In this document: in pieces, positions 1 to 12,779 of the stretch
Numbering within the stretch: position 1 is the stretch's first letter
Layout: each line of letters opens with the position of its first letter
NCBI RefSeq assembly: GCF_009914755.1
Contig: NC_060931.1
Strand: one strand, 5' to 3'
Origin: the human T2T-CHM13v2.0 reference genome, Homo sapiens
Length of the DNA stretch: 64,000 nucleotides
The notes under the pieces: generated by a model
Told to the model about the DNA's origin: nothing
What the model saw: only the letters and a program-made list of their open reading frames with translations
Databases searched by the model: none
Translations under genes and position numbers: made by a program

Positions 1-231
1 GGCTTCCATTGGCCTCGTAGAAATGCAAGCACCTTTCAGCTACACCTCAGTCTCTGTGGCCAGATGATCTGGTTGATTTGCGCTATTGGGGAGGATGATT
101 AACTCATATTTCCCTGAATGACAGTGGCAGAAGATCCACAACTTAAAAAACCAATTTCCAGGACATTCCTCCTCTTGTGGAATCTAGCCTTCCAACTGGT
201 GGTATTCACCTGATAATAAGCACACTGCCAG

Positions 232-643
232 TGATATGGTCTGAATCTGCCCCTACGCAAATCTCATGTGGAAATGTAATCCCCAATGCTGGTGGTGGGG
301 CCTGATGGAAGGCGATTGTATCTTAGGGGCAGTTTCTCCTGGTTTCACACCAACCCCCTTTGGGTGTTTCCTCGTGACAATGAGTTTTTATGAGATGTGG
401 TGGCTTATAAGTGTGTGGCACCTCCTCCCCACCCTCTCTTGCTTCTGCTCCAGCCATGTAATATCTGCCTACTTCTCCTTCACCCTCTGCCATGATTGAA
501 AATTTCCTGAGGGCTCCCTAGAGGCAGAAGTCGCTATGCTTCCTGTAGGGCCTGTAGAACCATGAGCCAATTAAATCTCTTTTATTTATAAATTACCCAG
601 CCTCAGGTATTTCTTTACAGCGATGTAGGAAAGGACTAATACA
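232..643 (+). mobile_element. MaLR solo LTR (MST family)
   Basis: TGATATGG...GACTAATACA ends, typical MST body, flanks GCCAG/CCCAG (5-bp TSD). Paralogous copies at 35533-35946 and 52725-53139. Confidence 0.8.
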
Positions 644-3480
644 CCCAGATATGCTCACTTTTTTCAAGGTGATCAATCACAAAGCAGTCAGTTTATTGCC
701 TCTGCACATCAAGTATCTCTGTAGGAAAACCCATTAAGGCTGCTGCTCCCTATGGCAGGCCTGCTTGCAACTCATCTTTGATGGGTCATGTATGGACTCC
801 CCCAACTGAGGGTTCTGGATATCTGAAGACCTTCCCAGTCTGATGTTACTGAGGGGTGGAAGACTGGAGGAAGAAGAAAGGCTGATGGCAGACATCACCA
901 GCCATCAACTCAACCGTGAATCTGCTAGTCCCACAAGGTTGGTCCCAGAGAGGCAAATTAGGAAAATGTGGCTGAAAAGTATGGTGTATATAAATGGATC
1001 CATATGCGTCATGTGTGCTTTCAGCTGAAAGACAGGCACCTTCTAATGTCCAGGTACCTTCCTGTTGATAGCAAAAGGTACAGTATTCCACATAAGTAAA
1101 CATAAAATGTTCCAGACAGTTGAATGAAGACCTTGTTTTCTCTTCTATAATGGGTAGCACTTAAGGCAGTATAGGTTCCAAACATTCTGTACAAATCCAG
1201 TGACTCTGATAATATGTGGTAAAATACAACTGAGAAATGGCATGGAGGGTCGTGTTTGGAGATCCCAGCAGAGGCAGCATATAGTGCATTTGGATCCTTG
1301 CCCCAGAATAGTTAGTGGAAATGTGTGCACCATCTACTGAAACCAGGGTGGCCTTGGGTTTTCTACTCCTGTTCCTTCTTTTATTGTCACAGCTATGGCA
1401 AATCAATGACACTAATCTCTGCTTCTACACTTTCTAGAAGTTACGTGATCTCTCAGGTCAGGACAAACTATTGAGTTAATCTGTCAGCAGCACTGTCCCC
1501 CAAGGAAAGATCTAGGTGAGTGTCTAGACTCACATGGTTCCATGTCAAGGCAGAGGCTGTGCTGGGCAAACTGTTTAGTTTCTTTCTAGCTCCCCTCTGG
1601 TAGAGTAATACCACTTTTGGTTCCAATGAAGAGGCTAACAGAAAAGCCAGTCATCTATTGCACGTAATTGTGTTGGCCTAAGGAGGGCATGGTCTACACT
1701 ACAGTTTCTGACTCCTGGGCTGCACCAGCATTGTCTAAGGCTAAGGCATTGTCTGCCTGGCTGCCCGAGTCTGTAGTGACCGCCCCACAACATGGCAGAC
1801 CACGCACACAGTGACACATTTGATGTCCCTGTGTCCAGGCTTGAAGCAGATGAGATGCCAACCTGTTTGCCTTTTGAGTGACCTCCACTGTGGGGCCAGG
1901 ACCCATGAATATCTCTTTGGAGTTCTACCCTGAGAGCTGAGGAATATTTTCTTACTTCATACGGATCCTACGTGGATGCCTTTGCTATCATCACTAGCTC
2001 ACAGTATTGCTTACTCCCCTGCCTGACAGTTTAAGATAACCTGCTAAGCAGGTATATTCAAAAAGGAGGTATTAAAATAAACTGTCAGGCATGTATATTT
2101 AAAAAGACATATCTTTTTAAATATAAAAAGATATACATAAATATGTATATCGCAGTCTTGTCTTAGCGATATACATTCATGCTTTAGACTCATATTCCTG
2201 ACATTATTCTGGAGAGGTGATGTTATTTTACACACATTTATTGTCACAAATACTGAACTAACAGCCCTCTTTCATCACCCAGAAGGAACATGCTGGAAAT
2301 ATTCCATCTCCAAAAAATTCTGATTTAAAAATGAATGAATTTAAACCATATCAATTCATTTTAAAATGTTAGACAATGGAAACCATGTTGCCACAACTCA
2401 CTGAATTCCTAAGCTTTCTGTGAAAAAATTAAAATGAAGTTTATATTTCCTATTTTCATGTCATTGTTGTTGCCTGCTCTTAAAAGTCAAATTGAGGTAG
2501 AAGTTAATGGGACAGGTGGAGCCTCCACTAACCACAGTGGAAAGTAACTCTTCTCTCCACCTGCTCTAGGATGCCAGGAATCCCACCAGTGAGAGGGTTC
2601 ATCCTCCTTTACTGTAACACAAAGGGGAAAAAATGTGTAAAATCCAAATTGGCTTTCACAGCTCCTGCCTTTTCAGGCTGCTAGCAGATTCCCATTAGCT
2701 GAGAAACAAAGCTCTATATTAATGCTAGCCTCCCAGAGACGGGAGGAAAAAGATTAAAGCAAAGAATAAATCTTCAAAACTTCCTCCAAGTCTCCTTTGC
2801 TCTGGAGATTAATCATTGCAAGGTAAATAGTTCTGTGTATGACAGGGTGGAGGAGTGAGTCATAGGAGGGAGGGGATGTTTTGGGACATGGCACAGGAAA
2901 GAGGGAAGAGCCGGGGGACAGCTTCCCGTGAAGTCTTGGTGTTCCCCGGTGTGTTATGTAAATGATATCCTGGGGTGGAAGTTAGGGGAGCAGGAACCAC
3001 CAGGTCCACAGAGGAAAAACTTCTACACATCTCTTCCAGCAGACAGAGAACCCAGAAAATGAAGGTAATGAGACAAAAACCCAAGCTGCTCCCTCCTGCC
3101 CCCAGAATCCCGAGAACCTGGGAAGGGGATGAGGATCACACTTCTCGTCTTGTTCAGCAGTTTGTAATCTGCCTTTGCTGGGTTTTCATTTTCATTGATT
3201 AGTATAGGTCAAATCTAAGCTAATCAAATCATTCCCACTAACAAATGCTGTCCCCAAACCCTCCTAGTCACCAAAATTAGAAGGTGGCTGGGACAAATGC
3301 TTATTTATTTCTTCATAAATCTGCATAAGATCAATAATAACCTCTATGTGTTTGTAGCATCCAAGAAGCTACTCCTCCTTGAACATCTCTTTTGATCTTT
3401 AAAACAGATGAGGGAACAGGGGCCTGAGTAGCACCCCAAGTCCAAGTTAACAGAGGAGAGGAATCTGGACAGTTACTGAC

Positions 3481-3551
3481 AGATAGAGGAGCACCAGGCT
3501 GACAGCCAGGAGAAGCCAGGTTTCCACCGCCAAATTTGGGATGAGGTCCAT
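3481..3551 (-). pseudogene. CYP3A51P: CYP3A51P exon 1 coding part (71 nt), MDLIPNLAVETWLLLAVSLVLLY(L), CYP3A5-like
   Basis: ATG at 3551-3549, 71-nt length as in CYP3A exon 1, donor GTCAGT at 3480. Confidence 0.9.
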
Positions 3552-3676
3552 CGCCACTTGCCTTCTTCAACTGTCTCCTCTGAGTCTTACTTTCAGCTGT
3601 GTGCTGTTGTTTGCTGGGCTGTCTGCCTGGAGCATCCCTGCCCTGCACAGCAGTCTTAGGTCAAGCTGCTGAAATG

Positions 3677-3764
3677 TTTATGTGCTGGAGAAGGAGGCGG
3701 GGCTGCAGCTGCAGCCAGTAGCAAAGAATCGCACACACCCCTTTGCTTACCTCCTTTGAGTTCA
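3677..3764 (-). promoter_or_regulatory. CYP3A51P proximal promoter: CATAAA box (3677-3682), GC box CCCCGCC (around 3698), imperfect ER6 TGAACTcaaaggAGGTAA (3747-3764)
   Basis: Motifs read directly and aligned to the CYP3A7 promoter at 38740-38884. Confidence 0.75.
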
Positions 3765-4639
3765 TATTCTATGGGGAATCATAAACAACTTAATCAGTTT
3801 TATCAGGGAGTCCACGGAACCTGAGTTCTTATCAGAAACTGAAGTGGAGCCATTGGCATGAAGCCTCTTAAATATCCTCTCACCTGCCCTTGTTTCCATG
3901 GCTGTCTTCATTCCAGAATACTTGAAATCCATCCCCACAAGCCACAACTGCAGATCTTTACCCATGCAATTCCCTCTGCCTGGAGTGTACTTGTGCCCCC
4001 TAGATGACTCCTACACATCCTTGCACGCCCAGCCAGACAGACCCCTTCTATTAAAGTCTTTCCTTACCAACCTCCTCACACAGATGTAACCATTTCCTCC
4101 TCTGGGTGCCTCCTATCCCCCTCACACAGTCCTATTGTCCTATTTCCTCTCTACCACCCTTGTGGGTTTCTGTGCCTGTTTCCCTTAGCAGAGGTGAGTT
4201 CCTCAAGGGCACAGTCTGGTATTATTTACTTTCATGACCCTGGACCCTAGCAGGGTACTGTACACATGGTGGGTGACCAGAAATGTTGGTGGAGTTGACT
4301 TGGGTGAGATTGCTGGGCCCCTGTGTGTCATCCCCTCTGAGTCTGTGGTGATAGCAATAGACTAATGGTTGCTTGGGGCTCAGATGCAGCCAGCACTGTT
4401 TCCCAACTAATGCAATTGGTCTTGTTCTGCAAAGGAAAATAATAGAAGGCATGTTCTGCCACTTAATTCCTCAGAAGGTAACATACATGAAGAGACTTAC
4501 CTGTTGAGAGTTGTACTGAATGTGTCAAGGAAGATACTATGTATCAGAAGAACACCCAACCACCCTGTGCCTCTCACCTATTCATTCCTGTATTAAAGCA
4601 TTCATCATGTATTCTAATGGCTGTGCTCCCTGTACTTAG

Positions 4640-6690
4640 GGTACAAAATTGACTAAGACCCAGACATTAGCTCAATTGTTTTGATTTGTAGATCCCACAA
4701 ATAAGTGAGAACATGCAATGTCTGTCTTTGTGTGCCTGGCTTATTTTACCTAACATAATGACCTGCAGTTCCAGCCACGTTATTATAAAGGACAGGATCT
4801 CATGCTTTTTTCATGGCTGAATTGTACTCCATTGTGCATAAGTGAAGTACTCTCTTTACCCATTCATCTGTTGATGGACATGTAGGTTGCTTCCAAATCT
4901 TGGCATTTGTGAATAGCAGCTATTGGGAACATGGGAATGAAGATATCTCTTCAATATATGGATTTCCTTTCTTCCTGGTTTATACCCAGCACCGGGATTT
5001 CTGGATCTTATGATAGGTCCATTTTAATGTTTTGAGGAACCTCCAAACTGTTCTCTATAGTGGTTGTAATAATTTACACCAACAGTGTACGAGAATTCCC
5101 TTTTCTCCACATTCTCACTGGCATTTGTTATTGCCTGTCTTTTGGATTAAAACCATTTTAGCTGGGGAGAGATGACATTGTAGTTTTGATTTGCATTTCT
5201 CTGATGATCAATGATGTTGAGCACATTTTCATATAACTATGTGGCATTTGTATTTCTTCTTTTGAGAAATGTCTGTATAAATATTTTGCCCATTTTTTGA
5301 TTATTAGGATTATTGAATTTTTTCCAAAGAGTTGTTTGTGCTCTGTGTATATTCTGGATGTTAATCTGTTGTCAGAGTGTTTGAAAATATTTTCTCCCAT
5401 TCTGTGGTTTGCGTCTTCACTTTGTTGATTGCTTTCTTTGCAGCACAGAAACTTTTTAACTTGATGTGATTCCATTTGTCCATTTTTGCATTGGTTGCCT
5501 GTGCTTGTGGGGTATTACTTCAGCATTTTTTGTTCAGACCAATGTCCTGAAGAGTTTCCACAATGTTTCCTGTAGCAGTTTCATCATTTGAGATCTTAGA
5601 TTTCAGTCTTTTTTTTTTTTTTTTGGAACCAGAGTCTTACTCTGTTGCCCAGGCTGGCATGCATTGGTATGATCTTGGCTCACTGCCACCTATGCCTCAT
5701 GGGTCCAAGTGATTCTCCCACCTCAGCCTCCTGAGTAGCTGGGACTACAGGCATGCACCACCATGCCCAGCTAACTTTTGTATTTTTTGGTAGAGATAGG
5801 GTTTCACCTTATTGGCCAGGCTGGTCTTGAACTCCTGACCTCAAGTGATCTGTCTGCCTCAGCCTCTCAAAGTGCTGGGATCACAGGCATGAGCCACCGT
5901 GTTTGGCCAGATTTCAGTCTTTCATCCACCTTGATTTGATTTTTGTGTCTGGTGAGATATAGGGGTCTAGTTTCATTCTTCTGCATATTGATATCCAGCT
6001 TTCCCAGCACCAGAGGAGACCGTCTTTTCCCCAGTGTATGTTCTTGAAAACATTGTCAAAAATGAGTTCACTCCAGGTGTGTGGACTTGTTTCTGGGTGC
6101 TCTATTCTATTTCATTGGTCAATGTGTCTGTTTTTATACAAACACCATACTGTTTTGGTTATTATACCCCTGTAGTATAATTTGAAGTCAGGTAATAAGA
6201 TTTCTCCAGTTTTGTTCTTTTTGCTGAAGATAGCTTTGGCTATTCTGGGTATTTTGTGGTTCTATAGAAATGTTAGAATTTTTTCCTCTATTTCTTTGAA
6301 GAATGTAATTGGTATTTTGAGGGATTGCATTGAATCTGTACATTGCTTTGGGTAGTGTGGACAGTTTTAACAATATTGATTCTTACAATATGTAAACATG
6401 GAATATCCTTCTGTTTTTGTGTCTTCTTCAATTTCCTTCATCAGTGTTTTACAGTATTCATTATAGAGATCTCTCTCTTCTTTGATTAAGTTAATTCTTA
6501 GGTATTTAGTTTTATTTGTGGCTATTGTAAATGGGATTACTTTTTTATTTTTGCCAAATTGTTCACTATTGGCATATAGAAATGCTACTAATTTTTGTAT
6601 GTTGATTTTGTATCCTGCAACTGCAACTTTACTGAATATTTTATCAGTTCTAGTAGTTCCTTGGTGGAGTCTTTAGGTTTTTGCAAATAT
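4640..6690 (-). mobile_element. Old 5'-truncated L1 (L1PB/L1MA-like), interrupted by an Alu
   Basis: Antisense L1 ORF2-end and 3'UTR sequence; ORF 5158-5475 contains the L1 ORF2 motif [13 protein letters not shown]. Paralog at 57220-59570. Confidence 0.85.
5612..5908 (-). mobile_element. Alu (J/S type)
   Basis: Poly-T plus Alu body; TSD AGATTTCAGTCTTT at 5598-5611 and 5909-5922. Confidence 0.95.
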
Positions 6691-7746
6691 CATTTGAAAA
6701 TAATTTGGAGTTATCATTTGGAGGGTCTTTTTCAAATATCATTTCCAAACATTACTTGGAAATCATTTGAACATTTTCTTGCTTCCTGGCACAAAATGTG
6801 TCCTAGGCTTGTCTTGAACCTTCTTAACCCTGGCCCTGGAATCAGGCATTTCTCTAAAGAGCTCTGGTTCCTTTCCATGGAATATGGTATTCATAAGCCA
6901 AGACTTGGGCGCTAAGTGTGCTCATTGCTATTGAAATGTCATTGTTACCTAGACCTATCAGTGAAGAGAAGTAGGAAATATATGGTTTTTTTTGTACACA
7001 CACACAAACACATGTATACATTTCATCTATCTATATATCTATCATATATCTGTTATCTATCACCTATCTACCCATCTATCCATCTAGAAGGGTATGAATA
7101 TACACGAATACATCCATTCCAATCTAATTTCATAGGATTCATGCTAGTTTTCTCCCTTTCTGAATCCATGACTCCGTTCTTCAAAGATGAGAAGCCTGGC
7201 TTCTATCATCCTTAATATATTTACTTCTTTGATAAATCCCCTTTATGTAACCAAACCTCACCCATCACTTCCCACTCATGGATGCCCTCCTGACCTCACA
7301 TGGGTTCTCCATGCTCTATTTAGGCTCTGGCTGCTCTTGTAGGCCACACCTCTCTATGAACCCCTTCTCTGCTTGCTTGGACTCCCACACCCAGGCAGGC
7401 TGTTTCCACATGAACACCCAGTTTGTCCTCATCCTACTTGGTCTCTGACTTGGAACCACCATGACTCTCTTCTCTACCTTAATGTGTGGCCACCATCTGG
7501 CTGCCACCCACCTAATGGCTCTAGGGCTAAATTATTCAGAAAGGGAAAATAAAGGAAGAAATAGGAAAAGAAAAGAAATGAGTAGTTTCAGCCTTGTTGT
7601 CCAATCAATTGACCAATCAACTGTTTTTTTTATTAAATGTTCATTGCATTTAGACAGTTGGGAGTTGAGGATGGAATGCAAGAGGTGTAAGAAAACATAT
7701 TTCCTGTCTCCCAGAAATATCAGGGGAGATGGGCTGAAAACATTAA

Positions 7747-8118
<372 letters not shown>

Positions 8119-8198
8119 TAATTAAACTATGAATATTCTTTCTAAACAATGGGCAAAGTCATAGTGGGTTAACTCTCACCTATGTTAATAATCAAATT

Positions 8199-8451
8199 GG
8201 GCTGGGCACCGTGGCTCATGCCTGTAATCCCAGCACTTTGGGAGGCCCAGGCAGGTGGATCATAAGGTCAGGAGATCGAGAGCATCCTGGCTAACACAGT
8301 GAAACTCCGTCTGTACTAAAAATAGAAAAATTAGCCGGGCGTGGTGGCAGGCACCTGTAATCCCAGCTACTCAGGAGGTTGAGGCAGGAGAATGGCGTGA
8401 ACCTGGGAGGCAGAGCTCGCAGTGAGCCAAGATTGCACCACTGCACTCCAG
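8199..8451 (+). mobile_element. Alu (Sc/Y-like) lacking its 3' end and poly(A); CYP3A7-specific
   Basis: GGGCTGGGCACCGTGG...CACTGCACTCCAG followed by unique sequence; absent at the CYP3A4 paralogous site near 61073. Confidence 0.9.
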
Positions 8452-8572
8452 TTCCCACACCAACAGTGATTACAATGATCAAAATATTTAGTTGTTGGTT
8501 CTCAGTCATTCAGTTCTATAGATTTCTCCTTAATGTGCAGGAAACATCCAATAATACTTTTGTAAAGAGGTT

Positions 8573-8578
8573 TTTATT
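8573..8578 (-). terminator. CYP3A7: CYP3A7 poly(A) signal AATAAA (others at 8670-8675 and distal 7629-7634)
   Basis: TTTATT on the plus strand; paralogous to the CYP3A4 signals at 61208-61213 and 60512-60517. Confidence 0.75.
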
Positions 8579-9017
8579 GATTTGCTTAATATAAAGCTTA
8601 CTATAGAATACTACAGATATAACACATGATATAAATGTCACTGTTAGAGCCATCAAAATAATTCCTATTTTTATTAATGATTGTGGTTGAAATTATTGAG
8701 AAATGTTAATTATGTTATCAGAGCTCAGGAGGAGTTAATGGTGCTAACTGGGGGTGGTGGAGATAGTCCTATGAGAAGCAGAGAAGCCAAATCTACTTCC
8801 CCAGCACTGATTTGGTCATCTCCTCTATATTACCAAGTATAACACTCTATACAGACCATGAGAGAGCACAATGCACGTACAGAATCCCCGATTATTTATG
8901 CAGCACATTGGATGAAGCCCGTCTTCATTTCAGGGTTCTATTTGTAAAGTAATTTGAGGTCTCTGGTGTTCTGGGGCACAGCTTTCTTGAAGAGCAAACC
9001 AGAAGTCCTTAGGGAAA

Positions 9018-9113
9018 TCAGGCTCCACTTACGGTCTCATCCCTTGACTCAGCCTTTAGAACAATGGGTTTTTCTGTTAGAAGAAGTCCTCCAAAGCGTA
9101 ATTTCAGGGGGAT
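9018..9113 (-). CDS. CYP3A7: CYP3A7 exon 13 coding part, [31 protein letters not shown]
   Basis: AG acceptor at 9115-9114, TGA at 9020-9018, 96 nt. Confidence 0.97.
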   Translation of the reverse strand: MPLKLRFGGLLLTEKPIVLKAESRDETVSGA

Positions 9114-11296
9114 CTGCAACAGTTAAACGAGCATATTGAGAAGCATTAAATAAAGCAAAAGTAGAAAGTATAGCATCAAAGTAAAAAAAAATTACTGACA
9201 ATAATGCTTTGTAAACATATAAAAACTACTTTCAGCACTATAAATCTTGGATTCGTTATACTTACTCTATAAGATGTGTGAAGATTGGATAGTGAGAACA
9301 TTCATCATCTATCATTTAACAAAATATTCATGGAGCACCTATTCTGTGTGAGGTTTGACCTGAGACAAATTCATGGGAACCCGTGTTCTTTTTTGATTTA
9401 AATTTTAACGAAAATGGATGAGTTTTAAAAATTTAAACCAGATTATTAGGTATAACGGTAAACTTTTTAAACCATCTTATGAAGTTAATTTTGTGTATGT
9501 TGAAACTTGCAAGGTAATCCTGAGTAGCTATTGTACATTTTAATTATGTGGACAGTCTTCAACTTCCACAGTCCAGTAATTCCTCTCAATTGAACCCATC
9601 TAGTGTAAAGATGGGAAGACACCTTCAGGAAGCATTATCGTTTTATTTTTTAACATCTTCTCTTGGTTTACAAGGGTAGTGCAAGTGGGGAACCTCTCAA
9701 TTCCTACAGTGTTTTGACTCAACTTTTCTTATTGAGACACTCCTTCAGTGTTGAGGGGACACAATAGAGTGATATTCTGATCTCCATGGAGTGATGGGCA
9801 AGAAAATTGCCATGGAGATCCAGAAGTGCCAGCTTGGGACTTCCAAGGGAGTACCTTCCCCATCCTAGGTGTGCCAGAGGACCGCCTTCTCTCAGGGCTG
9901 AGTCTCCTGTCTGAGCACACATACAGGATAGCTACATAGCTGGCCTAAAGCCACAAATAATGTGGAATATGAAAATAATATGGAAACCATCTCTATCTTC
10001 TTCCTCTTCTATGTAGAAAGCCTGCTTAAGGTGTGGAGTTGCTTAATAAATACATGAGACCTAGAAATAAGATTTATAGGGTCTTGCTTAATATGAATCA
10101 ATGACATCTGTTCTTTAACTTCTTCAGAGAAAAGGTTCCAAATCTTTCTATAAATATAACACATTATTTAAAAATTTTCAAAAGGCATGAATATATTTTC
10201 CCTGCAGACAGACATGCATGTGCACATGTGCAAGCACACACACATGCAAATACATGAATGTCATTTGCTAAATGTTCACATTAAAAAACTTAATATTTGT
10301 ATGCAAACCAATCGACTGCATATCACTCCTTAAACATTTACCAAATGACCAAATGCTTGAGTTAGATGAGGTCACTTGCAAGGCACCACTGGGATATTTT
10401 AAATGGAATAAAATGAGAAGATATTGTTAATGGAGGGGGGAAGACATTCTTAGATAAAGAGAAAATATAGAGAACAAAACTCAATGATTTAATGGCAAAT
10501 TATGAAATTATATGATAATAGCCTCCAGTAACTAATAACAGAGCAGAGGAGTAAATGAGCCCTGGACTAGGTCAAGAAGACACCTTGGAGGGGCTTGGGA
10601 ATTGAACTAGGACTTGAAAGATAAGAACAGAATGAGGAGAAGAAAGGAAAGAAGATTAGCAGAGTTATAATTGAGTTGAAAAGGAGCCCAGTTGGTTGGA
10701 GCTAGGCACCTGGAAGGTGAGGTCAGTAAGGATGGCCTTGGACTGTGGTAGTCCTTCGTATCCAATAGAACTACCTTAAATTAGTCATTTTCCACCTTGG
10801 CTTCAAATGAGAAGCAATGGGGGAGCTTTTAAAGCCACACTCTGGGCAAATTAGTTTAGAATTTCTGAGATGTTCCAGGCATCATGAATTTTTAAAGCTC
10901 CCTGGTGATTCCAATGTACAGCTAGTGGTTGGGAGCCACTGTCATGAGAAAACTTCTACAAGTTCTGGGAAGGAAGAGCATCATTCAAAAGTCAAAACAA
11001 GATAATAAGTGCACCTCATGATTGTGCAAAATACTTCCCCATCTTTCCAATTGACTTGAAACTGAATTTAATTTTGCTCAAGTTCAAGGAGACTGTAGAT
11101 AATCATGTCATGCTAGTCTACATTGACATTGCATGATGTTTTTAATGCTACAGCTTTTGAACTCCAGAACTGAAGCACCCTTAAAGATCATAGATGGGTC
11201 CAAATAGATTCCTTGGCCCATAGAACAAATTATTAAAAGATTAAGTGAGTGTATTCTTTTTTAAATATATAGACCATTCAGTTAAAATAATTGTTA

Positions 11297-11515
<219 letters not shown>

Positions 11516-12552
11516 TTAAAAGTTAAAGACATAATACCTCTAAGAGTTACATGTTAGGGTTTCTTACTTAGGGCCCACCCCTCTACTAGCAGTACACAGG
11601 ATACTTTTGTGGGCTAGTCACTGAAATCCTGCTATGCATATTTTGCTATGAGAATTGTAAGGTACAGATCCTTTCTACTCTCCTTACATTATAGGAGCTT
11701 TCAGTCTTGTTGAGAGGAGATAAATACTGTTGCAAAGTATATTTATTTCTAAACACTCAAATTATAGTCAGGATGGTGATGTGTTCACACTACAAAAGGC
11801 ACATAAGTGATGAGAATGACTGACAGAAAAGTAGATTCCTGCCTCAAGTCACCCTTATGTTGGTCATGAGGAAGGAGAAGAAATTGTCTTGCACTACTTC
11901 AAAATTGTTATTTTGCACTTTCCTTCTCCTCTCGTCTCTTGTTTTTCTAATTCTCCTCCTTCTCCTCCCTACCTTGTCTTACCCCTCCTTCTCTCCTCCT
12001 TCTCCTCCTTCTTCTAATCTCCATCTCTCCTTCTTTCTCCCCCACACCTCCATAGAATAGTTTAAGTCAGATAATTTACACAGGCATATGATGCTACTGT
12101 ATTGATGGAAAGCAGTGTCATCACTGCTTTCTTTGTCTATCTGTTGCACTAACCTATAAATTCTTTGAAGATTAGACGCATGTTTTTTATTCAAATTTGA
12201 TTCCTGAAGATTTGAGTATATTCAGGAAAAAATATTCATTTGTGGGACATAATAATAGCATTGTGATCATGTGTTTTTAAAAGAGTCCTTACATTTTGGA
12301 CACTTATGACCCATAAGGACATAATTGAGGACCTTCATCTTAAGTTGCTGGGACTGTGACTGGCTATAGTTTTCTTTTATCTAGTCTGTGGTTTGTAAAG
12401 TGTGACAATGATCAATTTCATGATTTGAAAAAACCTTTTAAACATAAAAAGACAAGCAAACGATTGTACAAGCCCAGACTGTCCTGTAGAGAGGCAGAAT
12501 ATGCTTGAACCAGGCTGGTTCAGGGAGGGCTCCCTTCCCAGGGGCCTCCTAC

Positions 12553-12779
12553 CTTTCAGGGAGGAACTTCTCAGGCTCTCTCCAGTACTTTGGGTCATGA
12601 TGAAGAACATAGCTTGGAATCATCACCACCACCCCTTTGGGAATAAACATCCCATTGATTTCAACATCTTTTTTGCAGACCCTCTCAAGTCTCATAGCAA
12701 CTGGGAATAATCTGAGTGTTTCATTCACCACCATGTCAAGATACTCCAACTGTAGCACAGTATCATAGGTGGGTGGTGC
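12553..12779 (-). CDS. CYP3A7: CYP3A7 exon 11 (ExxR motif ETLR; Arg409)
   Basis: 227 nt, AG/GT flanks; matches ORF 12549-12758. Confidence 0.97.

Larger units (their letters stand above)
1..3660 (-). pseudogene. CYP3A51P: CYP3A51P (CYP3AP1): exon 1 and most of intron 1; exon 2 lies just left of the window
   Basis: Exon-1 copy at 3481-3551. 1-3480 is collinear with CYP3A7 intron 1 (35312-38542) and with 52495-55935. Its position 3' of CYP3A7 matches the known locus map. Confidence 0.9.

Noticed and set aside
843-1906. Small ORFs recurring three times (843/36069/53260, 1145/36451/53640, 1635/36955/54135) that look like a conserved gene cluster
   Set aside because: They recur because intron 1 is triplicated. 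Starts, stops and frames differ between copies, and the DNA looks like decayed retroviral internal sequence.
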